Shown here one piece after another: positions 60,301 to 64,000 of a stretch of 64,000 nucleotides of DNA. How positions within the stretch are numbered: the first letter of the stretch is position 1; each line of letters starts with the position of its first letter. This stretch comes from Heterodontus francisci (taxonomy: Eukaryota). Under the pieces are notes generated by a model that saw only the letters and a list, made by a program, of their open reading frames with translations, made no database searches and was not told the origin of the DNA. The stretch is taken from NCBI RefSeq assembly GCF_036365525.1, contig NC_090373.1:13073935-13137934 (forward strand), written 5' to 3'. The position numbers and the translations under genes are program-made.

Positions 60301-61511
60301 TTGAGGGTAATGCAGTTGATGTAGTCTACATGGACTTTAGTAAGGCTTTTGATCAGATCCCGCATGGGAGATTGGTTAAGAAGGTAAAGGCCCATGGGAT
60401 CCAGGGCAATTTGGCAAATTGGATCCAAAATTGGCTTAGTGCCGGGAAACAGAGGGTGATGGTCGAGGGTTGTTTTTGCTGGTGGAAGCCTGTGACCAGT
60501 GATGTACCACAGGGATCGGTGCTGGGACCCTTACTGTTTGTAGTGTACATTAATGATTTAGATGTGAATGTAGGAGGTATGATAAGTACGTTTGCAGATG
60601 ACACGAAAATTGGTAGTGTTGTAAATAGTGAGGAGGAAAGCCTTAGATTAAAAGATGCTATAGATGGGCTGGTAAGATAGACAGAGGAGTGACAAATGGA
60701 ATTTAATCCTGAGAAGTGTGAGATGATGCATTTTGGGAGGAATTACAAGACAAGGGAATATACAATGGGTGGTAGGACCCTAGGAAGTACAGAGGGTCAG
60801 AGGGACCTTGGTGTACTTGTCCATAGATTACTGAAGGCAGCAGCACAGGTAGATAAGGTGGTTAGGAAGGCATATAGGATACTTGCCTTTATTAGTCGAG
60901 GCATAGAATATAAGAGCAGGGAGGTTATGAAGTAGCTGTATAAAATGCTAGTTAGGCCACAGCTGGGAGTACTGTGAACAGTTCTGGTCACCACACTATA
61001 GGAATGTTGTGATTGTCCTGGAGAGGGTGCACAGGAGATTCACCAGGGTGTTGCCTGAGCTGGAGAATTTCAGCTATGAAGAGAGATTGAAAAGACTAGG
61101 GTTGTTTTCTTTAGAACAGAGAAGGATGAGGGGGATATGATTGAGGTATGCAAAATTATGAGGGACATTGATAGGTTAGACAGGAAGAGCCTTTTTCCCT
61201 TAGCAGAGGGGTCAATAACCAGGGGGCATAGATTTAAGGTAAGAGGCAGGAGGTTAAGAGGGGATTTGAGGAAAAAAAATTTCACCCAGAGGGTGGTTGG
61301 AATCTGGAACGCACTGCGTGAAGAGGTGGTAGAGGCAGGAACCCTCACAACATTTAAGAAGTATTTAGATGAGCACTTGAAACGCCATAGCATGCAAGGC
61401 TATGGGCCAAATGCTGGAAAATGGGACCAGAATAGTTAGATGCTTGATGGCCGGCACAGACACGTTGGGCCGACGGGCCTGTTTCTTTGCTGTATAACTC
61501 TATGATTCTAT
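60301..61511 (+). mobile_element. CR1 (HER1-like) 3' 1.2 kb, relatively young
   Basis: MDFSKAFDQIPHGRL, VPQGSVLGPLLFVVYINDL, FADDTK; (ATTCTAT)-type tail; AACAG on both flanks as TSD. Confidence 0.92.
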
Positions 61512-61922
61512 AACAGGAGGAGGCCATTCAGCCCCTCAATCCTGTTCCTCCATTCAATTAGATCATGGCTGATCTCTATCTTAACTCCATTTACCTGCCT
61601 TTGTTCTGTAACCCTTAAATACCCTTGCCTAAAAAAAATCTATCATCCCAGTTTTGAAATGTTCAATTGAACCCCCAGCTTTTTTAGGGGGGAGAGATCC
61701 AGATTTCCACAACTCTTTGTGTGAAGAAATGCTTCCCTATTTCATCCTTGAATGGCCCAGATTTAGTTTTAAGGTTATACCTCTTTGTTCTGGACTCCCG
61801 CAACAGAGGAAATTGTTTCTTTCTATCTACCCTATCAACTCCTTTAATCATCTTTAATGCCTCAATTAGATCACCCCTTAATCTTCGATAAGCAAGGAAA
61901 TACAAGCCTAGCCTATGCAATA
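61512..61922 (-). mobile_element. CR1 3' end hosting the 60301-61511 insertion (its extreme tail lies at about 60285-60300)
   Basis: RRLRGDLIEALKMIKGVDRVD...FFTQRVVEIW on the minus strand. Confidence 0.85.
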
Positions 61923-62499
61923 AAACAATAGTTTTAACTCAGTTTTGAAACACATAATTTAGAATATGGATTTCAACTGTCATTAAACTTTTAAGCAGCT
62001 CATTTGACAACTTTGGATGTGATGGTTGAATATGAAAAGAAATTAAGGATGCTAAAAATAAGCAATTACATCTGGGCTGATATCCAATCTAGCCAGCTGG
62101 GGTGTAAGTGTCTCTAATAGCTGTTAATAGGCCCACAATGATGTCAGTTTGGACAAGCTCATCTCGACCAAGCCTTTCTACAGTAATTAGCACATAATAA
62201 AGTACAAAAGAACAGCTGACTGAGGTAGGACCAGACTCGAGTATTCTCCAATTGTGAAGGAGCTCTCCAAATTTGTTTAGTAGAAGGCAGAAAAAGTCCC
62301 CTTTTAGATATCAGCATCACAATTCCAAATTAAAATGATCAGCTTTTCAAGAACCTGTGGTGCATTTTCTGAATGTACTGAGGCTGTGAACTTTGTAAAA
62401 GGACATTTTCTAGTAAATAAAATGTCCATGAAAATGACCTCAGCGCTTCTCTAAAGTTCTAATCTTTCTTTCTTGGACAAGCAGCTCAAAAGGAGATGA

Positions 62500-64000
62500 G
62501 ATGTAGAGTTATGACAGCACAGAAGGAGGCCATTTGGCCCATTAAGTCCATGCTGGCTCTCTGTAGAACAATTCAGTCAGTCCCATTCTCCCCCCTCTAT
62601 CCCCGTAGTTCTGCGAGGTTATTTCCCTCAAGTGCCCATCCAATTTCCATTTGAAATCATTGATTGTCTCTGCTTCCACTAACCTCATAGGTAGTGAGTT
62701 CCAGGTCATTACCATCGCTGAGTAAAAAAGTTCTTCCTCACATCCCCACTGCACCTCTTGCCCAAAACCTTCAATCTGTGTCCCCTAGTCCTTGCACCAT
62801 TTTTCTTTGTCTACTCTATCCAAACCAGTCATAATCCTGTACACTTCTATCAAATCTCCACACAATCTTCTTTTCTCCAAGGAGAACAACCCCAGCTTCT
62901 CCAGCCTAACCTTGTAGCTGGAACCCTGAAAGAATTCTGCCAAATCTCCTCTGCACCCTCTTAAGGACCCTCACATACTTCCTAAAGTGTGGTGACCAGA
63001 ACTGAAAACTGAACGCAATACCCTAATTGTGGCCAAACTAGAGCTTTATAAAGGTTCACCATAACTTCACTGCTTTTGTATTCAATACTTCTATTTATGA
63101 AGCCCAAGATCCCATATGCTTTGCTAACTAGTTTCTTAATATGTCCTGCCACCTTCAAGGATCTATATACTTGAATTCCCTCTGTCCCTGCACACTCTTT
63201 AGAACTGGTCCATTAAGTCTAAATTGCCTCTCCCTATCCTTTCTGCCAAAATGCATCATCTCACACTTCTCTTTATTAAATTTTATCTGCCCTTTCTGCT
63301 AGCCTACCTATGTCCTGTTGCAGTTGTTTAGTATCATCCTCACTGTTTACCTCACCTCCAAGTTTGATATCATCAACAAATTTAGAAATTGTACTCTGTA
63401 TTCCAATATCCAAGTCATTTATATGTATCATAAAAAGCAGTGGTCCTGGAATGGACCCTTGGGGAACACCACTGTCTACCATCCTCCAAGACGAAAAACA
63501 ACCATTTACAATGACTTGCTGTTTTCTTTGCTTAAGCCAATTTTTTTTACCCAAGTTGATACTGAGCCTCCTATTCCATCACCATGATTTTGTTAATCAG
63601 TCTTTTATGTGTTACTTTGTCAAATGCTTTCTTAAAATAAATATAGACAGAATCCATTGCATTCTCTTCATCAACTTTCTCTGTTACTTCATCAAAACAT
63701 TCAATGACATTAGTCAAACATGATCTGCCTTTTACATATCTATGCTGGCTATCCTTAATTAACTCAAACCCCTCCAAGTGCCTGGTGATATTTTCCCCTG
63801 ATCAATGTTTCTAAAACCTCGCCTTACCACTGATATTAAACTGACCGGCCTGAAGTTACTAGAAATGTCCTTAACACCCTTTCTTGAATAAGAGTGTGGG
63901 AAGATGGGAAGTTTATGGCAAGCCCCTCCTATCAATTTTCACCCTATCCATCACCTCTACCATCTCTGCTTCTACCGATATTTTGTCAGCCTCTTCTTCC
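62500..64000 (-). mobile_element. CR1 3' part (RT), possibly running to the window end
   Basis: SGVPQGSIPGPLLFMIHINDL, KFVDDIK, SQHRYVKGRSCLTN, FKKAFDKV; tail at about 62500-62560. Confidence 0.88.

Noticed and set aside
33200-64000. 3' exons of ADGRB3, the convergent neighbour of LMBRD1 in human
   Set aside because: No recognisable coding exon found on either strand; synteny cannot be confirmed from this window.

Overview
Vertebrate genomic DNA, almost certainly a shark or other elasmobranch (inferred from HE1-type V-SINEs, SacSINE1-like Deu-SINEs and HER1-like CR1 LINEs). The only host gene I can support is the 3' end of LMBRD1 on the + strand: penultimate exon 10050-10141, last coding exon 11125-11247, then 3' UTR and poly(A) signals. 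The rest is intron or intergenic sequence made largely of nested, decayed transposons (CR1, L2, an RTE-like LINE, Penelope remnants, solo LTRs, hAT, Harbinger, SINEs). Most notable: (1) an apparently full-length 3.2 kb APE+RT LINE (27913-31087, minus) whose 5' end is a tRNA-derived Pol III head, with no TTTT terminator on its sense strand by manual scan; two SINEs in the window look like its internal-deletion derivatives. (2) A 12 kb polypurine satellite (14960-27092) that grew in place from a ~29 bp piece of an L2 3' end. (3) A four-level transposon nest at 39-44.7 kb. (4) Penelope-derived mini-elements with hammerhead-like cores. Family names come from recalled consensus features, not database searches. 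Boundaries without a stated TSD are approximate.
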